A stretch of DNA of 64,000 nucleotides. It comes from an uncultured Verrucomicrobiales bacterium (GTDB lineage: Bacteria > Verrucomicrobiota > Verrucomicrobiia > Verrucomicrobiales > Akkermansiaceae). Every line of letters starts with the position of its first letter. Within the stretch, counting starts at the first letter, position 1. Under the pieces are notes generated by a model that ran no database searches, was not told where the DNA came from, and was given only the letters and a program-made list of their open reading frames with translations. Below, piece after piece: positions 50,503 to 58,513 of the stretch. The stretch is from the NCBI GenBank assembly GCA_937951675.1, contig CALFBI010000017.1, positions 1 through 64,000 on the forward strand, written 5' to 3'. The position numbers and the translations under genes were made by a program.

Positions 50503-50895
50503 TTAGAAAATCTGAGTAAGACGCTCGATACGAGCTTTAACGGAGCCGTCAAAGACATCATTACCAATGCGAATCTTAAGCCCTCCGAGGAGGTCTGGTT
50601 GCACTGAAGTCTCAAAAGTGAGATCGGCTCCGTATTGCTCACAAAGGGAAGCTTGAACACGAGCAACCTCTTCTTGAGAAAGTGGCTCCGCGCTCTGGAT
50701 CGTCACGTTGCGACGCTCGACCTCAAGACGAATAAGACGTCTGAGAGCAACAAGCATGCCCCGATAATCACGAGGCTTCTTGTTAACGATGATTCCAATC
50801 GCCGTGCGTGCTCGACCTTCGTCAAGACGCCCATCGACTTGGCACATTTTGTAAATGCGGCGAGCCGCTGAATAAGCAGATTTAGAAACCTTCAT
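50503..50895 (-). CDS. atpH: F0F1 ATP synthase subunit delta (OSCP), unusually short (130 aa; N-terminal domain truncated)
   Basis: C-terminal …SAEPLSQEEVARVQASLCEQYGADLTFETSVQPDLLGGLKIRIGNDVFDGSVKARIERL matches the delta C-terminal domain. Only ~60 aa precede it, versus ~105 in canonical delta. Located between atpF and atpA. Confidence 0.7.
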   Translation of the reverse strand: MKVSKSAYSAARRIYKMCQVDGRLDEGRARTAIGIIVNKKPRDYRGMLVALRRLIRLEVERRNVTIQSAEPLSQEEVARVQASLCEQYGADLTFETSVQPDLLGGLKIRIGNDVFDGSVKARIERLTQIF

Positions 50896-50914
50896 GGACT
50901 TAAGTAAAAGTGAG

Positions 50915-51439
50915 TTATTTCACCGCTTGAAGCGACGCTTCATTGAGGCGGTTTTTATCATCATCAGAGAGAACCTTCCCTGTGACTTGGGTGGTAGTTG
51001 CGGTCAGTAAACGGCCAAACTCTCCTTTGAGCTCCGCGGCCATCGCTGCGCGCTCTGCCTTGGCGGCCTCTTCTGCCTTGGCCAGAATATTTTGAGCGGA
51101 GGCAATGGCTTCTTGCGTCTTCTGCTCTGACATCACTGCGGCGCTGTCTTTCGCTTCATCAATGAGACGCTGAGATTCTTCGTTTGCCTTAGCAATGGCT
51201 TCGGCAGTGCGAGCTTCACTTTCAGCGAGCTGCTTCTCGATACGCTCAAGCTTTGCTTCACCCTCTTCGATACGCTTCCGGCGCTGTTCGAGCATGGCCT
51301 GAATAGGAGTAAAGGCAAATTTCTTGAGAACAATAATCACCAAGATAAAATTGATCACCTGAGCAATAAACATTGGCAGGTTTACTCCAAACTGATCCGT
51401 CAGTTCGGTAATCACTCCGGCGGCTAAAATGGTCGTCAT
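50915..51439 (-). CDS. atpF: F0F1 ATP synthase subunit b
   Basis: Single N-terminal TM (…MFIAQVINFILVIIVLKKFAFTPI…) followed by a long charged helix (…LEQRRKRIEEGEAKLERIEKQLAESEARTAE…). Confidence 0.8.
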   Translation of the reverse strand: MTTILAAGVITELTDQFGVNLPMFIAQVINFILVIIVLKKFAFTPIQAMLEQRRKRIEEGEAKLERIEKQLAESEARTAEAIAKANEESQRLIDEAKDSAAVMSEQKTQEAIASAQNILAKAEEAAKAERAAMAAELKGEFGRLLTATTTQVTGKVLSDDDKNRLNEASLQAVK

Positions 51440-51533
51440 TATCTTTTGTTATTGGTGATTGATGATGAGAAAGAGAAAAAATTCTGCTGCCGCTATATGA
51501 CAGCAGCAGAATGAAAATAAATAAAATAGAAAA

Positions 51534-51725
51534 TTACTTAGCAACGAAAAGCGTAAGGATGAAAATCCCTTCGCAAAGAGCTGCAAGAATAATTGAAAGC
51601 GTGAGGATAGGGCCAGCGGCTCCAGGGTTACGTCCTGTCGCTTCTGTTGCTTTAGATCCGATGAGACCAATTCCGATAGCTGCTCCGATAGCTGCAAATG
51701 CAATAGCTGCAAATTTAGTTGTCAT
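51534..51725 (-). CDS. atpE: F0F1 ATP synthase subunit c
   Basis: 63-aa helical hairpin …IGAAIGIGLIGSKATEATGRNPGAAGPILTLSIILAALCEGIFIL… with conserved carboxylate (E) in helix 2. Confidence 0.9.
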   Translation of the reverse strand: MTTKFAAIAFAAIGAAIGIGLIGSKATEATGRNPGAAGPILTLSIILAALCEGIFILTLFVAK

Positions 51726-51802
51726 ATTCTTGTATTGTTTTTGTTGTTTTTCTGAAGGCCCCCACGGTCACAATGCTATGAGTCAGCCTTCTGAGATTTG
51801 GT

Positions 51803-52705
51803 TTAGTGATGCTCTTCTCCGTGTTCATCGCTATGCTCACAGATCAGCTTAAGGAAAACAGCACAAAGGAGAGTGAAGACAAGTGCTTGAACACCTCCGA
51901 CAAGTATCTCCATGAAATAAAATGGTAAAGAAGGGAGAAATGCTAACCACTTGCCTCCTAGGCCCATAAGAATCTCAAGAGTTTGCTCACCTCCATAAAT
52001 ATTACCAAATAATCGGAAAGATAATGCCACTGGCCGGATCGCAATCGAAACGATCTCTAGGACACCTACTACCCCGAAAATAAAGATCATAAGAGGAAGC
52101 ATTAAGCCTTTGAACTGACCTTTAGGTGCAAAAATGTGAGCTAAGAAGCCTTTGAAGCCATTTTCTGTAATCGCCCAGTAAAACCAAAGTAACGCAAAGG
52201 TGAAAGCCATTGCTGCCGTCATGTTAACATCCGCATTTCCTCCACGAAGGAGTGGCTTACCACCAACCCACAGAGTTCCTACACCTGGAATGAGTCCTAA
52301 ATAGTTTGTTGTTATGATGAGTAAAAACGTCGCCCCAAAAAACCAAAACGTTCTTTTCACAAGGTGCTCGCCCATGATTCCTCCAAAAAAGTTGTAGAGA
52401 GATTCAATCACCCACTCGGCAAAATTCTGAAACCCTGTTGGAAGGATTCCTAACTTCCCTGCTCCTGCGCGACAAAAAACAATGATGACTAAAACAGAAA
52501 TCCAAACCATGATTGTGGAATTGGAAATGAAGCTGAACTTCTCGTTTATTTTTTCTGCGTAGAGAGGAAGCACATGAGGCCCACTTTCAGCAGAATGCCC
52601 GGAAGCAGCTTCTCCATGGCTATTATCAGCTGCAGAAACTTCCCCAGAAATACAAATTGCTGAGAAAAGCAAAACTAGAGCAAAAAAGATGTTTTTCTTA
52701 GTCAT
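51803..52705 (-). CDS. atpB: F0F1 ATP synthase subunit a
   Basis: Conserved Arg-containing helix LSFRLFGNIYGGE and C-terminal …FTLLCAVFL…; multiple TMs; N-terminal signal-like segment. First gene of the operon. Confidence 0.85.
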   Translation of the reverse strand: MTKKNIFFALVLLFSAICISGEVSAADNSHGEAASGHSAESGPHVLPLYAEKINEKFSFISNSTIMVWISVLVIIVFCRAGAGKLGILPTGFQNFAEWVIESLYNFFGGIMGEHLVKRTFWFFGATFLLIITTNYLGLIPGVGTLWVGGKPLLRGGNADVNMTAAMAFTFALLWFYWAITENGFKGFLAHIFAPKGQFKGLMLPLMIFIFGVVGVLEIVSIAIRPVALSFRLFGNIYGGEQTLEILMGLGGKWLAFLPSLPFYFMEILVGGVQALVFTLLCAVFLKLICEHSDEHGEEHH

Positions 52706-52773
52706 TTGGCTAAATACCCTTGAAGAAGAGTTCGATGTGAATAACGGGACAAAAACTTACGAGCAAGTCTATT

Positions 52774-52789
52774 TGTGAAATTTTTCACA
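52774..52789. promoter_or_regulatory. TGTGA-N6-TCACA palindrome (CRP/FNR-family-type operator) in the atp operon upstream region
   Basis: Exact TGTGAaattttTCACA at 52774–52789, ~70 nt upstream of the atpB start (52705, minus strand) and ~25 nt downstream of the stop of gene 52813..54141. Alternatively a weak AT-rich hairpin. Confidence 0.3.
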
Positions 52790-52812
52790 AGCTCTTACCA
52801 CATTATTCTTAA

Positions 52813-54141
52813 TTAATTTATATTTAATTGGTTACAAGCAAGCTCTCCTTCCACCCATTTTGAGCCCTCGACTCCAAAAATCCCTCGCAATTCGAAACCA
52901 AATTCAGATCGGAGCTGCCGGATCAAATCCTCCGCCGAAAGAGCCAACCTTCCTGACTGGTGATTCAGCTGAAAATAAGCCCCTTCAAGGCCATGATAAG
53001 TGCGATAAATAACAGCGGTGCAAGCCAAGCGATCAGCCTGTCGAAAATCAAAAAGGAAATCATACCTCTTCCCCGCATGAGTGAGAGCTTTTTCCAAGCA
53101 TTGAAGCAGCGCGCCCTCTCCGGCCTTAGGCCTTAAAACCAAACAGGCATCGACTTCCAAAGTTTCCCTCAAAGGCCTTATTTTGACCCCGTCCTTCTTC
53201 GACTCCAGAAAAAGAGCCCCCGCCTCTTTTGTTTGCTCGGGCTCAGAAATTTCTAACCCTAGCGCTTCGCGCTGAACAGAAGAGCCTAGATAAAGGGCCG
53301 CATGAGGCCAGAAACCTGGCAAAAAAAGATTACTCAACGCATCATCATGCCGAGTAATCACGACATCTCCTGGCTCCAAGATCGAGAGTAATTCCCCTTT
53401 AACTTCTTCTGTCACCCGCTTTCCTTCTCCTGGCGCTTTTACATGAGGCTGCTTGAGATCTGCAATCAAAGAGCCACTCGCTCGAAAAAGATGAAAGCTC
53501 ACCATCCTAAAACTCGAATAAGGGCGACGATGCAAAGAAAAAAGGCGGTAGAGAATCCTGCGCCATAAAATAAGCCGCTTCTTGCGGAAAAAGAATTCCT
53601 GCTCTTCTTCGATCAGGGGCAGCAACTCCAACATTTCTGAAGACTCTAAGGCGCCTTGAAAGCGAAAGCGCTGTGAGCGAAAAAATTTCCAGGCGATCCG
53701 AAGCCGCCATTGCTGATGCGGATGAGTGACTCTTTGATAAATTTTCGTAAAGGTTTTCCGCTCGATTCCGAACCTCGGCTCGGCCTCATCAAGCTTCTTC
53801 CAGGTCACCCGGGCAACTCTCGCTAAATCAACCAAATCTAAGCCATACCTTGTTGCTGTTGAGGCCATTAATAAGCATCTTAAAAAAGTTTTTTGATCTG
53901 ACAAACTTCCCATCATCAGCCGCTTCCAGCTCAACTCAAAGAGAAGCTTTTCTAAACTTTCCAGCAAAACGAACCGAACCGAAAGATATTGAGCAAACAC
54001 CTCTCGTAACCGTTCGTCTTCATCGGGATCATAATACCCTCTTTTTTTCGCTTTGAGTGAATCTTCCTTCATCTTTGCCAACCAAGAGTGACCCGGCAGA
54101 GCCCCTAAAGCGGAGGTAATCGTGCGATGTAAAGGATTCAT
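52813..54141 (-). CDS. Two-domain protein: Arg-rich helical N-terminal domain (unknown) plus C-terminal YiiX/YaeF-like permuted papain-fold amidase (peptidase C92 family)
   Basis: C-terminal blocks LEPGDVVITRHDDALSNLF…HAALYLG and AGKRYDFLFDFRQADRLACTAVIYRTY align with E. coli YiiX GDIIFQISRSSQSKAI…HTGMLV and LGKPYDFSFSWSDDRQYCSEVVWKVY (catalytic Cys). The N-terminal ~230 aa is R/L/F-rich with no recognised family. Confidence 0.55.
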   Translation of the reverse strand: MNPLHRTITSALGALPGHSWLAKMKEDSLKAKKRGYYDPDEDERLREVFAQYLSVRFVLLESLEKLLFELSWKRLMMGSLSDQKTFLRCLLMASTATRYGLDLVDLARVARVTWKKLDEAEPRFGIERKTFTKIYQRVTHPHQQWRLRIAWKFFRSQRFRFQGALESSEMLELLPLIEEEQEFFFRKKRLILWRRILYRLFSLHRRPYSSFRMVSFHLFRASGSLIADLKQPHVKAPGEGKRVTEEVKGELLSILEPGDVVITRHDDALSNLFLPGFWPHAALYLGSSVQREALGLEISEPEQTKEAGALFLESKKDGVKIRPLRETLEVDACLVLRPKAGEGALLQCLEKALTHAGKRYDFLFDFRQADRLACTAVIYRTYHGLEGAYFQLNHQSGRLALSAEDLIRQLRSEFGFELRGIFGVEGSKWVEGELACNQLNIN

Positions 54142-54304
54142 GCAAATAAGTTTTTCATTTTTAAGCAGTGAAAACCTAACATAGCAAGACCAGAATACGC
54201 TCTCACCTTAACACCCAAAAACAGCTGGGAACCTGAAAAAATAAGGCTTTGAGAGACTTTTTATCTTTACAATAATCGAAGCTTCCCTCGAAATCATAAG
54301 TGCT

Positions 54305-54580
54305 ATGAATAAAGCCGAATTAATCGAAGCTGTCCAAAAAAATCTTGGCAATGACTCTACTAAACGCGCCGCAGAAGAATCTGTTGCAGCTGTTCTTGAA
54401 GCTCTTGCTAAAGGCATTAAAAAAGACTCCAAAGTCCAACTCATTGGGTTTGGAACATTTGAAGTTAAAAAGCGCGCTGCTCGCATGGGTCGTAACCCTA
54501 AGACTGGTGAGCCGATGAAAATCAAAGCATCGAAGTCAGTTGGCTTCAAAGCTTCATCGAACCTCAAAGCATCCCTCTAA
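54305..54580 (+). CDS. hup: Nucleoid-associated protein HU
   Basis: MNKAELIEAVQKNLG…IGFGTFEVKKRAARMGRNPKTGEPMKIKASK… is the canonical HU/IHF fold with the beta-arm motif RNP-TGE. Confidence 0.9.
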   Translation: MNKAELIEAVQKNLGNDSTKRAAEESVAAVLEALAKGIKKDSKVQLIGFGTFEVKKRAARMGRNPKTGEPMKIKASKSVGFKASSNLKASL

Positions 54581-54605
54581 TAAGATTATCATCTGATTAG
54601 ATTAG

Positions 54606-54645
54606 AAAACCGATCTAGCCTTTTAGGCGGGTCGGTTTTTTTTTA
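54606..54645 (+). terminator. Probable rho-independent terminator after hup
   Basis: AAACCGATC…GGGTCGGTTT imperfect stem followed by a run of 9 T; 25 nt after the HU stop. Confidence 0.5.
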
Positions 54646-54698
54646 GACGAAGTCCTTATTCGACTCAAAACATTTTACCTGCCAGTCTTCGCTTTATC

Positions 54699-55481
54699 AT
54701 GGTTCGAGCCTTAGGTCACTATTTCCTCAATTCTTTAGCTTATTTCGGAGAGCTCTGGGGGCTAACCTTAGAGGTTTTCCAATCTCTCTCGAAAACAAAG
54801 ATCCGCCGCCATGAGCTGACGAAACAAATTGCCGAAATTGGATTTCGATCCCAACCCGTTGTCATCATCACGGGAGCCTTTACTGGAGCGGTCCTCGCAG
54901 CTCAGTCCTTATTCCAATTTACTGCCGTCAATCTAGAAACGGCTGCCGGAGCTCTCGTCAGTGTTGCGATGCTCCGTGAACTCGGCCCAAGTATCACCGC
55001 CCTCATGCTAGCAGGACGAGTTGGATCAGGAATGGCCGCTGAAATTGGAACCATGAAGGTCGCCGAACAAATCGACGCCCTTCGCTCTATGTCGGTTCAT
55101 CCAGTCGACTACCTTGTCACCCCTCGCTTTGTCGCAATGCTTATTTCAGTCCCTCTCCTTATCGCGGAATCTGCTTTATTTGGGATTATGGCAGCCACCC
55201 TTATTGGGGTTCATATGTTCAATGTTCCCGTCGCGTATTGGTGGAGCCATATTGACCATTATACGGAATTATCTGATATTGCCATTTCCTGCTCAAAGGG
55301 CCTTGTTTTCGGGTTTTTGATCGTCATCATTTCATGCCATCAAGGCTTATCCGCTTCAAATGGCGCGGTTGGGGTCGGTAGAGGCACCACTCATGCCATG
55401 GTCTATTCTTCTCTAGCCGTGCTTATTTCTAATTTTTTCCTAACAATGCTTTCCCAGATTTTCTTCCCTTCGGCTTTGTGA
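54699..55481 (+). CDS. mlaE: MlaE-family ABC transporter permease (no adjacent mlaF/mlaD)
   Basis: …FGELWGLTLEVF…IAEIGFRSQPVVIITGAFTGAVLAAQS…ELGP…LAGRVGSGMAAEIGTMKV(A)EQIDAL… matches the MlaE/TGD1 permease family; 260 aa. Confidence 0.8.
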   Translation: MVRALGHYFLNSLAYFGELWGLTLEVFQSLSKTKIRRHELTKQIAEIGFRSQPVVIITGAFTGAVLAAQSLFQFTAVNLETAAGALVSVAMLRELGPSITALMLAGRVGSGMAAEIGTMKVAEQIDALRSMSVHPVDYLVTPRFVAMLISVPLLIAESALFGIMAATLIGVHMFNVPVAYWWSHIDHYTELSDIAISCSKGLVFGFLIVIISCHQGLSASNGAVGVGRGTTHAMVYSSLAVLISNFFLTMLSQIFFPSAL

Positions 55482-55528
55482 AAAACGAAAGAATGGAATA
55501 AGGCTCAGAGATAAACCCTCCTACTTTT

Positions 55529-56089
55529 ATGAACTCTTCTTTCCTACTTTCCTGTCTCATCGGGCTTACTCTCACTCTCACTGCCTGTAGCGAACCCACT
55601 TCACCCATGGAAACAAACGATCAACACCCTGAGCAACCTACTGAAAAAATCATCAAAACAGATGCGGAATGGAAGGCCCTGCTTACACCGACTCAATACC
55701 GGATCCTCAGAAAGGCCGGAACCGAAGCTCCTAATGGAGCAACCTACAAAGCTTTCAACGCTCAAAAAAGTGGAGTTTACTACTGTGCGGGCTGCCAAGC
55801 GGAGCTATTTAGTTCTAAAGAAAAATTTCATTCAGGCTGTGGCTGGCCTTCTTTCTATGACCCTTCGCAAGCGAAAAACGTCAAAGAGAAAAAAGATATT
55901 AGCGCCGGAATGGAACGCACTGAAATCGTTTGCTCCGTCTGTGATGGGCATTTAGGCCATTTATTTCACGGAGAAGGATTCGGCACCCCCACTGACAAAC
56001 GTTACTGTATTAACGGAGCGGCGCTTCTCTACGTTCCAAAAGAACTCCCCGAAACAAAGGAACAATCAGCTCCGAGAGAGGAAGAGTAA
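55529..56089 (+). CDS. msrB: Peptide-methionine (R)-S-oxide reductase MsrB with lipoprotein-type signal peptide
   Basis: Signal MNSSFLLSCLIGLTLTLTAC plus SelR domain: YYCAGCQAELFSS…HSGCGWPSFYDP…CSVCDGHLGHLF…RYCINGAALL (two CxxC Zn motifs, catalytic Cys). Confidence 0.9.
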   Translation: MNSSFLLSCLIGLTLTLTACSEPTSPMETNDQHPEQPTEKIIKTDAEWKALLTPTQYRILRKAGTEAPNGATYKAFNAQKSGVYYCAGCQAELFSSKEKFHSGCGWPSFYDPSQAKNVKEKKDISAGMERTEIVCSVCDGHLGHLFHGEGFGTPTDKRYCINGAALLYVPKELPETKEQSAPREEE

Positions 56090-56148
56090 CAGCTCCCATT
56101 TTTCTTTAAGTAAGAAAAGAGCCTTCTCCCTTACGAAAGCCGCGCCAC

Positions 56149-56892
56149 TCAGGGCTGGAATCGGTAATGACCGATCACTTTATAATCAAAAAGTGTATCT
56201 TCCCAAGTAGGCTGATCACTTAAGTGATGCACCACCCATGGCTTCTCTCCTTGCTGCATTGGGGCTGGAACCACCATTCCAAGATGAGCTTCTCCCCCTG
56301 GAAGTCTCCAAAAAACGAGGTCTCCAAATTGGTAATCTAAAGATTCTCTCGAAGGGGTCATTTCTACGCCATGTCGGCGGAAGAAGCGCTGGAGATTGGG
56401 GACTCGGCGATGATCAATATTAGGATCAGGCTCATTCAGATTCCAAAGTTGGGGATACACTCTGAAATTTTGCTTTATATCTTCGTGAACGAGTTCCTGT
56501 AAATCGACACCCAAATGCCGGTAAGCTCTTATGATTAAATCTGCAGAAGTTCCCTTGTGTAAAGGCACATCACCTAAAGGGTATTCGATAAGGCGATAGG
56601 TAGGATCTAATAAAGTAGGCTCCACACTCAACTTCATCGCGTTTATAGCCAACTTGGTCCCGAAGTCTTCTTCTTGCCCATAGGACTTCACCACCTCTTC
56701 GAGCTGAGACCGATCTGCCTCCTTCTGGCCGGCGCTCAGGTAAGGACGAATGAGAGCTCCCAGCACCAAAATCGCGGCGAGCATTAAAACCCATCCTCCT
56801 AACTGAGGAGATTTACGTTTTTTGGTCGGGCGTGGACCAATATATTCGATTGTTTCGATGCTCATTGCGAATGACGGCTCTTCCCTATACAA
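56149..56892 (-). CDS. DUF1287-family protein (membrane-anchored/periplasmic), function unknown
   Basis: N-terminal TM (…GGWVLMLAAILVLGALI…). Conserved-looking block …GTSADLIIRAYRHLGVDLQ…NIDHRRVPNLQRFF…GDLVFWRLPGGEAHLGMVV… resembles DUF1287. Assignment from memory of the family motif. Confidence 0.4.
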   Translation of the reverse strand: MYREEPSFAMSIETIEYIGPRPTKKRKSPQLGGWVLMLAAILVLGALIRPYLSAGQKEADRSQLEEVVKSYGQEEDFGTKLAINAMKLSVEPTLLDPTYRLIEYPLGDVPLHKGTSADLIIRAYRHLGVDLQELVHEDIKQNFRVYPQLWNLNEPDPNIDHRRVPNLQRFFRRHGVEMTPSRESLDYQFGDLVFWRLPGGEAHLGMVVPAPMQQGEKPWVVHHLSDQPTWEDTLFDYKVIGHYRFQP

Positions 56893-56966
56893 AGAAGACG
56901 AGAGTCCCTTGGAAAGACAAAAACGAATCTGATTCGTTTTTTTTAGAGATAAAGCTCAAAAACCTC

Positions 56967-57287
56967 TCATAATGAGGCACTACAGGATTTCACGACCCAT
57001 TCTCGATAAGCTTCAGAAACCTCCTCGGGGTGAAGCATGATGATCGCAGGGCAGTCATAAGGATGAAGTTCCTGAAGCGTTTTTTCTAACTCTTGCCAAG
57101 CACTTGAGCTCGTCTTCATGATTGCTAAGGTTTCTTGAGAACTCTCTAGTTTTCCCTCCCACCGATAAAGGGACTCCACTCCCGAAATCATGTTAAAACA
57201 GGCAACGAGTTGCTTTCTGACAAGAAGTGTGCCAATCTGGCGCGCCTCATCAGCATTCGGAAAAGAGCAAAGAACCATTTTTATCAT
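56967..57287 (-). CDS. cutA: Divalent-cation tolerance protein CutA
   Basis: …MVLCSFPNADEARQIGTLLVRKQLVACFNMISGVESLYRWEGKLESSQETLAIMKT…HPYDCPAIIML… matches the CutA1 trimeric fold. Start moved to the internal ATG (MIKMVL…) consistent with CutA length ~106 aa. Confidence 0.8.
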   Translation of the reverse strand: MIKMVLCSFPNADEARQIGTLLVRKQLVACFNMISGVESLYRWEGKLESSQETLAIMKTSSSAWQELEKTLQELHPYDCPAIIMLHPEEVSEAYREWVVKSCSASL

Positions 57288-57322
57288 TCCTGCTACCTTC
57301 TCACCATTGCAAACAAGAATCA

Positions 57323-58507
57323 ATGAAAGCTGGATTCCTAGAAAAAATACTCACTCGAATCGACCAAGAAACTCCGGAACAAATCCAGACGCTCTTAGAA
57401 CGCCTAGTGAAAGAAAAAGGGTTCCTAGAAAATGTCTTTGAGTCTCTACAAGAAGGCGTTCTCATTCTCGGGAGTGACGGGGAAATTTCCTTTATGAATC
57501 GAGCCGCTGGCGTTTTTTTTGGGGCAGAAGCCTCCCAGATGATCGGCAAAGAAATCGAACATCTCATCCAAGGGCTCGATTGGAATGACTTACACCGAGG
57601 TGGCGCGAGCACTGTGAGCCGAGACCTCGAAATTTTTTATCCTGAAAATCGGTTTCTTAATTTCTACCTCTCTCCCATTGATGATGAGCTGAAGGGGGAA
57701 GACAGCCTTGGCTACGTCATGCTTATTCGTGATATTACAAAATCACGTGCCGAAACCGCTGAGACGATCGAGACTGAAAGCCTCAATGCACTCACCCTGC
57801 TTGCCGCGGGGGTAGCGCATGAAATTGGAAACCCTCTCAATTCACTCAACATCCACCTGCAACTCCTCAATCGAAAAATCCAAAAGCTTCCCGAGGAAAC
57901 CCAAAACTCCTTAGGTGATCACCTTTCCACTGCGCAGCAAGAAATTCAAAGGCTCGATCACATTTTAAAAGACTTTCTCCATGCGGTTCGGCCTACTTCC
58001 CCGGTTAGAAAACAAGTAGACCTCCACCAAATCCTCGAAGAGGTGCTCAAAAGTATGGCTCCGGAACTCGCAGGCCGAGATTGTAAAATTGCTCTTCATC
58101 TTGATGAATTTCTTCCAGCGCTCGAGCTTGATGCCGGTCAAATTCAGCAAGCTTTGTTCAATCTGATTAAAAATGCCTCACAGGCGACCCCTCTTGATAC
58201 GGGGCTCATTCAGATTAAAACCATCAGTAATGACTATGAGGTAAAACTCCAGGTCATCGACAATGGGGCCGGGATTTCCCCCGAGATCATGGGAACCCTT
58301 TTCGAACCTTACCAAAGCACTAAACAGTCTGGAAATGGCTTAGGTCTTCTCATTGTCCGTCGTATTTTGCGAGAACATGGTGGCGAAATCGAAGTCGAAA
58401 GCGAAAAAGGTTCAGGGACCACCATCACTCTCTATTTCCCGAGAAAAAGTAAGCAAGTCCGTTACTTAGGTGACGAAACCCCTCCCATCGAACTCGAGTC
58501 TCTCTAA
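57323..58507 (+). CDS. Sensor histidine kinase (PAS + HisKA + HATPase_c; NtrB-like, cytoplasmic)
   Basis: PAS segment (…GVLILGSDGEISFMNRAAGVFFG…), H-box LAAGVAHEIGNPLNSL, N/G boxes (…LIKNASQA…, VIDNGAGIS, GNGLGLLIVRRIL). No TM. First ATG at 57323 avoids overlap with cutA. Confidence 0.8.
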   Translation: MKAGFLEKILTRIDQETPEQIQTLLERLVKEKGFLENVFESLQEGVLILGSDGEISFMNRAAGVFFGAEASQMIGKEIEHLIQGLDWNDLHRGGASTVSRDLEIFYPENRFLNFYLSPIDDELKGEDSLGYVMLIRDITKSRAETAETIETESLNALTLLAAGVAHEIGNPLNSLNIHLQLLNRKIQKLPEETQNSLGDHLSTAQQEIQRLDHILKDFLHAVRPTSPVRKQVDLHQILEEVLKSMAPELAGRDCKIALHLDEFLPALELDAGQIQQALFNLIKNASQATPLDTGLIQIKTISNDYEVKLQVIDNGAGISPEIMGTLFEPYQSTKQSGNGLGLLIVRRILREHGGEIEVESEKGSGTTITLYFPRKSKQVRYLGDETPPIELESL

Positions 58508-58513
58508 CCCGCC

